Notes under the pieces: generated by a model
Told to the model about the DNA's origin: nothing
Database searches by the model: none
Seen by the model: the letters and a program-made list of their open reading frames with translations, nothing else
Shown: positions 12,501 through 24,636 of the stretch, one piece after another
Layout of the letters: every line of letters begins with the position of its first letter
How positions within the stretch are numbered: position 1 is the stretch's first letter
Program-made: the position numbers and the translations under genes
Assembly (NCBI GenBank): GCA_002269645.1
Contig: NIVC01004267.1
Location: forward strand, 1-52,350
Direction of reading: 5' to 3'
DNA length: 52,350 bases
From: Macrostomum lignano
Taxonomy: Eukaryota

Positions 12501-13319
12501 ATTGATGATACCCAATAAAAGCACCTTAATAAGACACAGTGTACTGGAAACGTATGCACTTTAACTGACACAATGTTTCAGAACCATGTACTCTTAGTTA
12601 AAAACCGATCAGACTCTCTAATACTCATTTACTTTAAGTCACCAAGCATCCCAGGCACTAGATAGAACACTGTGTACTTTTATTCGAGAAACAAAGGAAA
12701 TACACCTAATATGAGAAGCATGTACTGTTATTAAGACGAAAATCGGATATCCGACCAAACACATTATGTACCTTAACTTATACAAAAATCTAGGACACAA
12801 TGTACTTTTTAAGCATAACCCAACGCTTTTGAGTTTACCTTCAGCCGCAGACTCAGACTTAAACTTCTCTTTTTCAGCCACCAGCAGAGCGTGCTCAAAG
12901 CAGGCCCCAATTAGACTACTCAGTTCACGAGCAGCTCGAGGCGACTCAGTGGCGAACACTCGACACAGGGCAGGCGTGGACCGGCCACCCCCGGCCGCCT
13001 CTCTGGCCGAGAAGGCAAACAAAGACCGATCCGGATCGCAGCTGGCCATCGAGATTCGTCTCAGTGGGTGCGTAGATAGCAACTGATCCGCACTGGTACT
13101 CTGATTTGATGTCGAGTAAATATCGATTCCTAAATATGATATTCTTAGCTGAACTGGTTGTCCATCAGAAGCGGCTGGTAGGCTGGTAGGCAGCTGAACT
13201 GAACTGCCTGTAGTAACAGGAAATGTTGCCACGTGTCTAACATAGCGAACAGAATCTGCAGTGCGAAGCTGTTGCTGTACACAGCTGTCAGGTATCAAAC
13301 AGTCTCGATTGCGGCGCAT
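9570..13319 (-). CDS. SH2D5: PTB + SH2 adaptor, SH2D5/EGFRAP-like; complement(join(9570..9941,10812..11091,11982..12204,12839..13319)), about 451 aa
   Basis: Exon 1 PTB (HVATFPV...LLSTHPLRRISMASCDPDRSLFAFSARE...LCRVF...LIGACF). Exons 3-4 SH2 (WWYQPELPREAAYKLLAGRPVGSFLVRNSASHPNCYALS|VCVP...HYLIQ...LHSLICHLSVIPELLPCPL). All junctions are GT-AG with matching phases 1, 2, 0. The symbol reflects domain architecture, not tested orthology; the exon 3 acceptor is ambiguous (see findings). Confidence 0.85.
10033..10700. repeat. 23-bp minisatellite (GAGTGACAGGGGCGATTTTCTGG)n in intron 3 of the adaptor gene
   Basis: Period of 23 read directly, with variant units. Confidence 0.95.
11143..11942. repeat. 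28/31-bp VNTR (minus strand CCAGCCTCCCAGATCCTCAGTTGCTGGG)n, 27 full units, between exons 2 and 3 of the adaptor gene
   Basis: CAGC anchors counted from 11153 to 11939 at spacings of 28 or 31 bp (786 bp in total). Confidence 0.95.
12293..12465 (+). mobile_element. 5'-truncated copy (3' tail) of the SINE family at 42686
   Basis: GGCCGCTGTACACTCCTGTG...CGCTTAAAGTGCGCCAGGGTGCACACA...TCTAATAAA matches 42879-43051. Confidence 0.85.
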
Positions 13320-14132
13320 TGTTTTTTAATAGTTTCATGAATATTTTTGTTGAAAGTTGCATTTTTATTGTCTGCAGATAACTAGGGACATAAGTGCAAT
13401 GCTATCAAGTCATTAACTAGTGTTGTGTAGTTTCTAACAACAGAAAATTGGAAAGTTTACTATATTTCTATTATCATTAGAGCAAGATGCAATTAAAAGC
13501 AAGGTCTTGTCAAGCATTAGGGTTACAGAAATCATAGTTTATTACTAGGCATATGGTTGTATTGGCTAGTAGCTGATAAAACTAAAAAAAAAACAGAATA
13601 ACATTGGATGTTAATGTTAATGTCTGATATTAATTTAGGCAATCTAAATATCCCATTTTAGATGTCTATTCATTCTATAGTTCTTCACAAAAAGCCTATA
13701 ATTACCCAACAATTTTCATATCTATAAAAAAATAAATATTGAAAACAATAAGCTTAGAACCACTTAGAACACCTTTTACTTTATGTCTACTATACCAGAA
13801 ATGGAAGACCATCTTGTACATAAATGTGCAATACCTAGCCAAGCTGTTCAATCTGGCTGGCTAGCAATAGGCCTAGACAAGACAAGTCACAAAACTGCCT
13901 ACTCCAAAATTATAGACATGTTACTAACTAGATGATGGGACATTTAGCCCAAATAATATAGTCATTGATACTATTGCCATTTATTTTTGCATACATAAGA
14001 ATATAAGATACATTGATACTATCATAAAAATGTACATGTAGTTACTTCAGTACTGTTTATACATCAGCAGAGAAACATGTGTGTATAGTGCATGTTTGCA
14101 TAATTTTTCTTTTCTCACTTTTCTCCCACAGA

Positions 14133-15462
14133 TTGTGTCCCAGACTTCACCTGCCAACCTGGCATTTATAGATCTTGACAAGGAGACATTGCTGGCTGCT
14201 TCCATTGACATCGGATTTGTTGCGATGAAGGAGCTTGCAAAACTGTGTGCTGAAAATGTTGTCAGTCAAACCTCTAAGCTCTAGTTTCTGACTGAATGCA
14301 AAAAGTTCTACATCACACTTATGAGAAAACTATTTTCTAAAAGTCACTGCTCCGTTATGACATCATCAGAGGGGCCAGCTCTCTATCACCTTTTTTGATT
14401 TCCAACAACCCCAACATTGCTGTGTGGCACTTTTGAATTTTGCTTCTCCAGCTTTTAGAAGCACACTGGCTGACTTCTGATGAAGCCAAGGCTGCCCAAC
14501 GAGCTTTCAGCTTGTTTTTTTGAATTGCCAGATGTAAAGAGCAAGATGGCTACCTTTACATCCAACAAAAGGCTTGACCTGTTTTACAGCAACATCTTTC
14601 AATATGACAGGGGTCTTTCTTAGCCTGCTGAGATGCAGCAAGAGGCTCGTGCTTCCATTTGGAAAGTTGTGTCTCTAGTGCTGATTATGTTGCATGGAAA
14701 CATGTCTGTTGAGAGCGGCTTCTCTCTCAACAAGAATCTTGTTTCCAATCTAATTGAGGAGTCCTTAGTTGCCCTGCGCTTGGTCTAGGACTCTATCATT
14801 GCCACAGGCAGAATTGATGGCAGTGAAATCAGCAAGTTAATGCTCTCTAATGTCTGTATGGCCTGCTAGAAATATTGTGACGACTAGAAAAAATAAATGG
14901 AAATGAGAAGTGGGAGAAGATGGCGAGCCAGGCTTCAAAGAAAAGTGCCGCACTTCAAATAAGTGACTTGGAAAAGTCACTTGAGGTAGAGACAGGCCCT
15001 TGCAGAGGAGGAAGCTGCTACTGCTTCTCAGATTGCTGAACTAAAGAAAGACTTTGATTTTGTTGAAAGACTTGAGTTTTGAACTTGTGCTTTAATGCGC
15101 TGCATCAACAATTTGTTTAGTACTATTATTAGTTATGTTTTTGTAGTATTTAGTAGCATTTAGTAGTATTTAGTAGTGTAATATTTATTAGTTACCTAAC
15201 TATTTTTGTAGTACTAATTTTAGAAAAATTTTAGATGGAAACAGCCATCTCCATACCCCTAAGTCAGTCAGCCAATAATTAATCAATTAGTACATTAGGA
15301 CTTATAATCAGACTTACTGGCTTCAGAATTTGTTCAATCAGGAAAGTTATACATGTTAAGTAATGTTAACACATTTTATAAGCAAAAATAAAGGCATCTT
15401 AAAAAGGCTGGAAAACCTGGAAAAACCTGGAATTAGACTTTGAAATTTGCGTGGACACCCTA
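14133..15462 (+). mobile_element. Decayed hAT-superfamily DNA transposon (C-terminal transposase and 3' TIR)
   Basis: Broken translation includes WKVVSLVLIMLHGNMSVESGFSLNKNLVSNLIEESLVALRLV (hAT dimerisation-like motif) with many stops. The end GTGGACACCCTA reads as a TAGGGTGTCCAC-type TIR with subterminal CCTGGAAAA repeats. Confidence 0.7.
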
Positions 15463-16027
15463 ACTATAAATAAGGATAAAAAATGACCACTTGATTTCCT
15501 TTGTAAGATTATATTGCATCTTTTTTATAAAGATTATTTGGCAGGTGGGTTGCCATTTGTTTATTTTCATTTTATCTTTTAATATTTTATTTTGCGTATG
15601 AATTTGTGTGCCCCAATTGGGACTTTTTTGCATTCCCTCATTTTTGTCATTACCTCAGTTGGCTCAATGACTAACCCAATGGTGGCACTCATTTTTTCTA
15701 GCTATTGGATCTGTTTAGCCCATCTTTAGTTTTATCAATTTTTCAACTTCTTTTCATGTAATTCTGGGTTTGTCCAACCGCTTGTCAACCCCTTGCTTTG
15801 TGTTGGTCCAAATGATGCCCCACATGTTGGAAACCATTTCTACTTTTGCTTAAATACTTCACCCCACTGATAAGTTGTCAACCACCTTTTCCACCCTTTC
15901 ACAATCTCCTTCTCCTCCTTTTCATGCTCACCTTCTCTTCATGCTTACATTTTAACTTCCTTTCTCTCACATTAATTTGTCCATTTATTCAGTTTCTGCG
16001 ACCCATTTAATTTAGCCTGAATATACT

Positions 16028-16700
16028 GTGAAAGAAGTATTCAAGCAAGTTCAAGATGTTAACTTAAAGTTAAAAGGCAAGAAGTGTCATCTATTTCAGG
16101 CAAGTCTAAATCATCTGGGACATCTAGTTACAAAGGAAGGCATCAAGACTGATCTAGCAAAGATTGAAGCAATTCAGACCTGGCCAAGACCAAGAACAGC
16201 CCATCAACTTAAGAGTTTTGTCTGCATTCTGCATATGCGCTTATTATGCAAAATTTGTACCTGGCTAAGCAGACTTGGCAGCTTCATTCAATGATATAAT
16301 TAAGAAGAATATTTGCTATTTCAACTGTCTATAGGGAAAAGCCTAGCAAGACATGTTTGACCAACTTAAGGTGGCCATGACTTCAACATGACTTCAACAT
16401 CAATACTTGCATATTTGCAGTTCAGTGAGAGCCTAACATAACATTTGTCTTGGATACATATGCTTCTGCAACCAGAATCGGAGCCTGCTTGAGCCAATGC
16501 CAAGCTAATGGGATTGAGTGCCCAATCAGCTATTTCTCTAGGAGATTCAAACTAGCCAAAGCTCATTATCTGATTACAAAAATAGGAACTCTTGGCAGTT
16601 GTAGATGGAATGCAACATTTCTGTTTCTACCTACTGGCCAAGAAGTTTATCTGCCAGATTGATCATGCAACATTGACCTGGATCCTAAGGCAAACTTAGC
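16028..16700 (+). mobile_element. Decayed Ty3/Gypsy pol fragment (RT thumb/RNase H)
   Basis: LKLKGKKCHLFQASLNHLGHLVTKEGIKTD..KIEAIQTWPRP; DTYASATRIGACLSQ...PISYFSR; K*ELLAVV...FICQIDHATLTW. Confidence 0.85.
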
Positions 16701-17369
16701 AAGTAGGCATCTTTGGACGATGGCTATAGACTATAGAGGCTTAGAGAATTTGAGTTTGAGATCTATCATCACAAATCTAGTCAGCATCAAAAGGCCATTT
16801 CAATGCAAGGCAGCAGACAAGAACCAAAGTAAGCAGCCAGCTGCAATATCTGGCACAACAGCATCAAAGGTCCTTGACAGTAGCCACCCTAGCCATTTAT
16901 TGAGCAAGAAGCCATTGACCTGCCAAAATCAACAAAAGCCATTAACAAAGCCAAAGGAGTCCAATGGTGAGGCTATGCCGCCAGCAACACTACTAGCCGA
17001 TAGCAAGCTGCTAACAAAGCTGCTCCTGCCAGCAACAAAGCTGAGGCCATCGGCCAGCTATTACTAGGACTCACAGAGGTTACTTACTAGTTTCACTAGC
17101 AAGATATGTTGCCCAACTAGGAGCTAATGACAATCAACTAGAGACAACAAGGACAGCAACCACAGTGCAGCCTACTGCCAATCCACTTGCTGCCCTAAGT
17201 TTAAGAAGGTGAGGTTCAGCAGCGATGCTAACAGCTCTGAGGCCTCATTATTATCTACTGATTAATCCAAGATTAGCAACAATGACGCCAAAGCTATGGA
17301 CAAGGATTGACCTTTGGGCACATTGACAACATAGCAACTAGTTTAAGTAGCGATCATGCAGAGGGAGCT

Positions 17370-18400
17370 CCAAACCCCAAATATTGCAGCAAGTACAGGA
17401 GAGCCATGGACTCAGACTGGGAAATAAGCTTAGCAGGCATCACATTAACTTTGCTAATTTAAAGATGAAAGTTTATTTGGCATCACAACTTTTTTGTAAG
17501 TCGGTGGCTGATTCATTATGATGGGTGCACAAGCAAGGCTTGGTTGGATTTGATCACTCCAATGTATTAGTGACAGTAGATTTTATTGAGCACATGAATG
17601 ATCTGTTCAATGCATTCAATTCAAAGCAACTGGTAAATTATGGGGCTAGGCTAGCTCTAAGAGCTGACAACCAGTCTGACTAGATCGACTTCTTCACTGA
17701 CTTGATCCAGCTTCTCAAGAGCTTAGATCAACTCTAGCAAGATGCAAAATCTTTGACACTGCAAAGAAGACAGGATTTTTAGGCTTCATCATCTACTGCC
17801 ATGCCGTTATTGCACTTGCCTTGAAGCATTTATTTTGAACTGGCGAATTCTTCTTTCTTTGCATTTACAAGCTGTCTCAGGACTTTCTATGAGAACTATT
17901 TTTAGTGCAGTCAAGCTTTGAAATGGCTGGAACCACAACCCGACACCAAAGCAGTTTTGCTTGGCATTTATGTAGCTGCTGGTGCATGCCAGTAAGATTC
18001 TCCAGTCTGTCAGCCTGAATGTGAAGCAGCAGGATGCCACCATTCAACTGTCCTTGTCACGTCTACCATCATCAGCTGAATCAGCACAGAAGCAGTAGAA
18101 GCTGAAAGTTTAGAATGATATGGGACTGAGTCTTGAATCCATCCAGCACCATATGAATGCATCCAATTGTAAGATTTGCTAGTCTATTGTGTACTATATT
18201 GCCTGAGCAGTTGTGCAAAGCATGTTGAAAGTTGTTGAATGTGCTCTGTGCAGGTCAGTTCTGACTGCCAGCTCCAATATGCCACCAGCTTTTTGTGCCC
18301 CTTGCTCACTTGTTGCCTTAAAGAATGTTTGAACAAGGAAGGAACTGGCAGCTTGATTTTTCCCAGCAGCAATGTCTTCTGGGTGCTGCTCAATGCTGAG
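17370..18400 (+). mobile_element. Decayed P-element/THAP9-like transposase
   Basis: QESHGLRLGNKLSRHHINFANLKMKVYLASQLFCKSVADSL and YKLSQDFL*ELFFSAVKL*NGWNHNPTPKQF are P-family motifs (GLRLGNKL, MKVxLAAQ, KLSQDHLELFFS, GGWNNNPT); many stops and frameshifts. Confidence 0.85.
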
Positions 18401-19915
18401 TCTGTTATTCAATGTGCTAGCAGCTATAACAAACTCAATGCCAGTGGAAATTCAAAACTTTAAAGACCCATTTTGGTGTCAGCACAACCACTAGAAAATT
18501 TCTATTTTTTTGCCCCCACCTCAAGAAACAATATTTAATCACTACTGAAACAAAAGTACTAATGCTTAACTTTTTTCAAATTTAAAAAAAGTTAGAGTTT
18601 GCTTGTGTTTTATTGTACTTTATTAGGTATAATATATTTCTGCTTGGATCTGCTTTTATAACTAAGCCATTGTACTCTAAAAATGTTTTGTCATTTATAT
18701 AAGTTTCTAAGTTTATAATATAGTTCACAAAATTATCTTTGTTTTACTCTACCTATTGCTAATATTTTTTAAATAATACCTATAGAATCTACATAATATG
18801 ACAGCAACTATATTGTATTTCTGTAATTCTAGCCATAAGAGCATCTATCTACCATAGGCATATCTGTAGTTGCTATAGGCAACTTATTTTACTATATTTG
18901 CCATAAGATCTTATAGCTATAGCCATAACTTTGGTAGAACACAATTTTTTCTATGCTAAATAAGGGCCTATCAAAAAAGCTTGTGCATTCATGTTATAGT
19001 TTGGAGTGACATCACAACAAGTTGCTTTTTTAAAGGGATTCAAAATAGAATGCAATCAATGTGATGATTTGTTCAAAGCATTTGGGCAACTTTTGAATAC
19101 CATCTATAGCACTGTAATCACCCTAGTGTTTTAGAAGTTAGACAATCTTATTGAAGAGCTTTTTCATACATGTGCAACCTTGGGAATCACTCGGCTATTT
19201 CTATTGGTAAAACACACATATGTAAGTTGCTATTGGCTGGGTGAATCCCTAGGTTGCGCCCAAGCATGAGCTTGTTTAGGCATTGATATTGGCAACCTTA
19301 GGTCTTTTTTGAGAATTTAGTAGATGCTAGATGAAATAATTCCACAAAGTTCTGCTAGTTCTTTAGACATCTATTTTGAATTGATTTCTAAAAAACCATA
19401 GATATACTCAATGTTACTCTTGGTCTATAGTTCTTGGGGTCTCCTAGATCTAGGCTCTTCTAAAGTCAAAGTGCAACCACTTTTAAAGCAATAGTACTAC
19501 TTGTATATAGTCTACTCATATATTAGCAAAATGCATATTTGCCATATACATTTATAAGCTACTAGTAGACTAATGCAGACTAGTGTTTCTTATAGCCATT
19601 TAGTCTTAATATAATACCACTCACTGTTGCTTGTTTGGTAGGTCATTTCATAATATAAAAAAGTTAGCCAAAGAGAAAAACCAGTGGTAAGAGATATTGT
19701 ACTGAAAATAATAAAAATATAACTAGCTCTATTATGCACAAATAATTGCTATTAGCTATAGGGTAGCTATAGTAATAGCTATAGCTATTAGAGTGATATC
19801 TATGATAGATAAAAAGCAATTTATTGCAAGAAGCTTTTGGGATAACCCTTGCCTTATATATATGCAACCTTGAGAATCACCTAGGCCCTAGCTGTTTATA
19901 TTGGCAATGGCAATA

Positions 19916-20272
19916 TCTCTACATATAAAAATCAAAACTCTGTGTATGTGTCTGTGTACAAATTACTTTGCTATGGACTCCCAAACCGCTCAACCAATTT
20001 ACACCAAATTTTGCACCCAGCCTAAATTCACTATTCACCTTAAAATTTCCTAAATTTGAGTCTTCCTACCTAAAAGTGCAAAAAAACTGCTCAAAATGCA
20101 CAATTTTTCACTAAATGCTCCATAGTGTCGCTTCACTTTTATCAATTGTCTTCAAATTTGACACAATTTCAAATAAAAATGTTATTTGCATTACTAATAG
20201 TAGAGTATAAGGAATTGTGCAGGTATTGTTCAAAACTCATTCCTCATCAAAATCTTAGCAATGCTTAGTAAC
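19916..20272 (+). mobile_element. Probable short non-autonomous Helitron-like element
   Basis: A|TC start, TCTCTACATATAAAAATC, TGTGTCTGT microrepeat and AACCGCTCAACCAATTT..CCAAATTTTGCAC resemble the 5' end of the element at 42573. The 3' end is decayed (CTTAGCAATGCTTAGT) and uncertain. Confidence 0.45.
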
Positions 20273-20449
20273 GGTGAAAACCAATGAGCAAGCCCATTAG
20301 AAATCTGCTAAACCCCCTCTCAGGTGAATACAAAAATGTAGTCCAGTTTCTCAGATACATAATCAAGCCCCCTGCAGCTCCATTGACCCGTCAATCATAC
20401 CCCGCCTAGCTAAGAGCAATCATTCGTAAGCAATTATCAAGTATAAGCC

Positions 20450-21574
20450 ATGGAAGATGACAATTTAGACAATTTTCTTAAAGAGTTCCTAGGGATAGAT
20501 GAGTCCATAGAGAATTTAGAGCCGGCCGCCAAGCAAGCCGCCAAGCAAGCCGTCGAACAAATTGCCAGGTAGCAGCCAGCAGCTCAATAGCCAGCAGCTC
20601 CGGCAGCTCAATAGCCAGAAGCTTGGCCAGCAGCATCGCCACAGGCAGAACAGCAGCCAGCGCCATTTGCAGCTCGACTTGATGCTTCGCCAGCCGCCCC
20701 ATTGGCAGCAGAACAACCAACAGTGGAGGATGCACCATTGAGGCAGCCTACGAGGCCGAAGGCAGTGCCAGGCATGAGCAAGCAACTGGCAACAACAGCG
20801 GAGTCAGTGCCAGCTAAGCGGGCGGCCATCCTCGAGGCCCAGGCTAGGGCTCCAGTCAAGTCTATGGTCGTGAGGCCATGTGGTGAGGAAGGGCGGCGCA
20901 CCCTACAACTTGCAGTGCCGCCGCCTTGGCAGTCAACACCACGGCTGCGCCAGTCGCCGCCTTAGCGTCAGCGACAGCCATGGCAGCAGGCCCCGCAACA
21001 ACCAGCACCGCCAAGGAGACAGCCAGCACCGCCACAGTAGCAGCTGAGACAGCCAGCACCACCACAGCAGCAGCCGAGACAGCAAGCACTGGCGAGACAG
21101 CAGCCCCTGCCGCAGCAGCTGCTGCGTCAGCCATCACCGCCTCATCAGCCTGTGCCAAGGCAGCCACTGCAGCCTGTACCTCAGCCGCCTCAACATATAC
21201 CAGTGCATCATGAGGCCACTTTGAACCTCCTTGCCATTTATGGGATTCCACTGGAGAGAGTAGTACACAGTGTGCAAACTTATCTAGGCAGAATTGCTCA
21301 TCTCTGCCTAGATCAGGCGCTGCCACAGCGCGCCTATCTGTGGCCGAGCCTGCGACACCTACAAGCCCGACTGGTGAGAGAAGAGGCGGTCATCGTGCTG
21401 CAGTATGCAGCAGACCAGTTTCAAAGTGATGTCAGCCGCCAGTTTCAGCGCCAGCTTGTAAACATCAAGCTGCGCTGGATTTTCATGCAACTGCAATTTC
21501 TAAAAAGACTGATAAATGTCTACACTAACAATTTTTCTTTTAACTTTTCTAGTATGATTTCCGTTTCATTATAA
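20450..21574 (+). pseudogene. Dead Ala/Gln/Pro/Thr-rich ORF of unknown origin
   Basis: ATG at 20450 (MEDDNLDNFLKEFLG...) is in frame with ORF 20702 except for three TAG codons (20570, 20588, 20612). Further stops or frameshifts lead into a non-repetitive C-terminal segment (EATLNLLAIYGIPLERVV...). Confidence 0.55.
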
Positions 21575-22799
21575 TACATCTTAGTAGACTGTTTCTTTGC
21601 ACCACACCTGTAGCATTTCTTATTGACACCTGTGAAATTTGTTTTGCTAGTTTAATGTGTTTGAGGAGTTTGTTTCTTAATAGTATCTTTTAGTAGTCTG
21701 TATGTGATTTTCTAGCTTTGTCACAAATTTGCCTCTATGCTCATTTTTATTTTTCTATGCAATGCACTTTACTCATTCAAAAATTTTATTTTTGTAAAAT
21801 TTTATTATTCGTAAATTGCTTCTAGGGAAGGCAGGTTGATATAGTGCCTAGAAATATTATATGCACAAATATTTCTATTTTTCTTGTGCTCAAAATACTC
21901 TATTTTTCCTATGCACAAAAGCTTCATTTCTTAGAAAAAGGCATATTTAAATTTACACAAAAAAAGAAATTACTAGTATTTTTTGTTTAAATGTTGTTAA
22001 TCACAAGAATATTAACCTTTTGTTTTAAACAAGCCTGATGGCCAATATAAATAGAAGCTCCGAGTGGGCCAAAAGAGCAACCGTCCTTGACTTATCAATT
22101 AACTTTGAGCAACATTAATAAGCTCTTACTAAATCTTAAAAGCAGTCACTTGAAAATTGACTTATTCATTTCTTAGAGTAGAAGCCCCAAATTGGGAGTA
22201 GTATTTAGATCTGCTAAAAAGCGAGAATTGCCTCAGGGCAGAAGAACTGCTTAAAAGCAGGAGGATTTGCCTCAGGGCAGGGAAAACGCATAAAGCCATG
22301 ACCCTCTGATCCCAGGAATGGCAGGACTGAGAGACTAAGAATTAGACAGTGCCAATAGACTGCTCAGGCTAAAAGTAGATAATAGACACTACCAATATAA
22401 GTAGATAAGTAGACGCTACCAATATAAGTAGATAAGTAGACACTACCAGTAATAGTAATACATTTATGCAAAAGTACATTAAGTAGAGACTAGAGAGACA
22501 GAAGTTTAGCACTAGGACAACTTTGGTGGCAGTTCATAAGATAAGTAACTAGGCAAAGGTTAACAATCAGAAAGACTTAGTTAACACCCCTAGCACAGCT
22601 TGGTGATATGACGGTGGGATTTTCATAGAGAGCCAAAAGGCCTGTAACACAGGGCTTGCAAATTGGCAAGAAAGATGATATGATCAAAGCATGAGAACAG
22701 CCATGAGAGTACTACGTCCCACAAACTGGCATTCCAAGCAGGAATAGGCAGACTTTTACCTCAAAGGCTAGAAAAGAATCCAGCTTATGGCTGAGGGGC

Positions 22800-23880
22800 A
22801 GTTGAGAGTGGAGAAGAAGGAATAGACTATTTAAAAAGAGAGGAGAGGTGAGAAAGGGAATAAGAGAAATATAAAAGATAATAGAAGAGATGAGGGAGTG
22901 AGGACAATGAGAGGAGAGAGTAGAGAGGAGCAAGTAGAGAGGAGAGAGTAGAGAGGAGCAAGTAGAGAGGAGAGAGTAGAAGAGCGAGTAGAGAGTAGAG
23001 AATAAAGTAGCGAGTGGAGAGGAGAGAGTAGAGGAGCAAGTAGAGGAGAGAGTAGAGAGGAGCAAGTAGAGAGGAGAGAGTAGAGTAGACAGTAGAGTAG
23101 CGAGTGGAGAGGAGAGAGTAGAGGAGCAAGTATAGAGGAGAGAGCAGAGAGCTGCAGATGAGAGGAGAGCAGAGAGAAGAGCAGATGAGTTAATAAAGAG
23201 GAGAAAGGAGAGATGAGAGAGTAAATGGAAGAGAGAAGAGATTAGGTTGTACAGATAAGAGAGATGTAGGGAGGATTGGAAAATGAGAAATGAGAGATAA
23301 AGAAGGAGAGTGGAAAGAGAGAAAAGACGACAAGAGAGGGAGAGTCTATATAGAAGAGAGAAGACAAGAGAAAAGAAGAAAGGAGAAGGGAAAGTGAGGA
23401 GACAAAAGAGGTGAAAGAAAATAGTACAGAGGACAGAATGAGAGAACATATAAGACAGTGAAGATGACAGATGAAAGGGGGGGGTGAGCTGAGAGCAGAG
23501 AGTGAGAGACAAAAATGAACAGATGAGAGATGGGAGAATAGAGAGAACAGAGGAGAGATAAGAGACAAGAGATTACAGAGACAAGAGTCAAGAGAAGAGA
23601 CAAAGGGAGAGAGAAGTGAGTGAGGCAAGAGGAGAAAAAAGAGGAGAATGGAGGGGAGAGAGTAGAGAGGAGAAAGATGGGAGAAGAGAGATAAGAGAGA
23701 GGGGGGAAACAGAGAGGGGGAAGCAGAGAGAGAGGGGGAAAGCAAAGAGAAATGAAAAGAGATAAAAGAGAAGAGAGAGAAGAGAAAGGAGAGATCAGAG
23801 AGCAAATAAAGACGAGAAAGAAGAGAGGAAACAGAAGAGAAGATAGAAGTTTCAAAGGATCCAAGTGACATAGGGAGAGT
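22800..23880. repeat. GA-rich low-complexity polypurine tract
   Basis: About 1.1 kb of mostly A/G on the + strand, with GAGAGGAGAGAGTAGAGAGGAGCAAGTA-type subrepeats. Confidence 0.9.
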
Positions 23881-24636
23881 CAGAAGCAGAGGCCAGAGTT
23901 TGCCAATACATGTTTTAGAGTCAGACAGACATTAATTGCCTATTTAAAGTAAAAAGCCCCCTAGCCAACAATATCAATGTTTGCCTTAAATCCTAATTTT
24001 ATGCCAATGTACTCCATTTTGTTTACCTTGATCCTACTAACTCTTAACAAGTTTTTGTTTGTGTATGACCTTAGATTTCAGAATACATGCAAAAGTAGTT
24101 CCAGGGATTGGAATTCCCTGGGTTCAAAATCTATGGGTTTTAACAGCTTGTATATATAAAGGCCTAATTAATGACAATAACATGATTATTATGGTCAGGC
24201 CTAATGTTTATATATTGTATCCATGAAAATATGAAGATATTTTCCTGTCTAAGTATCTAGAACTACCCAAGTTTGGCACAATATATTTGTCAAGGAAACC
24301 TAATCTTCAATTAAATACTGAATATGATTTGATTCCAATAATTTAATTTGTCTAGCCTACTCTTTAGCCTTCACTGCTTTAGGTTCAGAAGGAAGTTATA
24401 TGTTATGTTACCACTACACAACTATGCTATTTCGATATAGTAATACTTAACTATAGATTGACCAGTATTGTCTGCTGCAACCTATATGTAACTCTTATTC
24501 CAATAACCTTAACAAACAGGACACAAACAGCACTATAATATTGGTATAGTGATATAGGTGTAGTAGTATGAAAGCTTCGATCAAACTAAAATCACGAAGA
24601 AAATATTGGTGTTTGATTATTTTAAATTAGTTATAA

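Noticed and set aside
22712-23871. Leu/Ser-rich membrane-protein-like ORFs on the minus strand
   Set aside because: Artefact of the CT-rich strand of a low-complexity tract.
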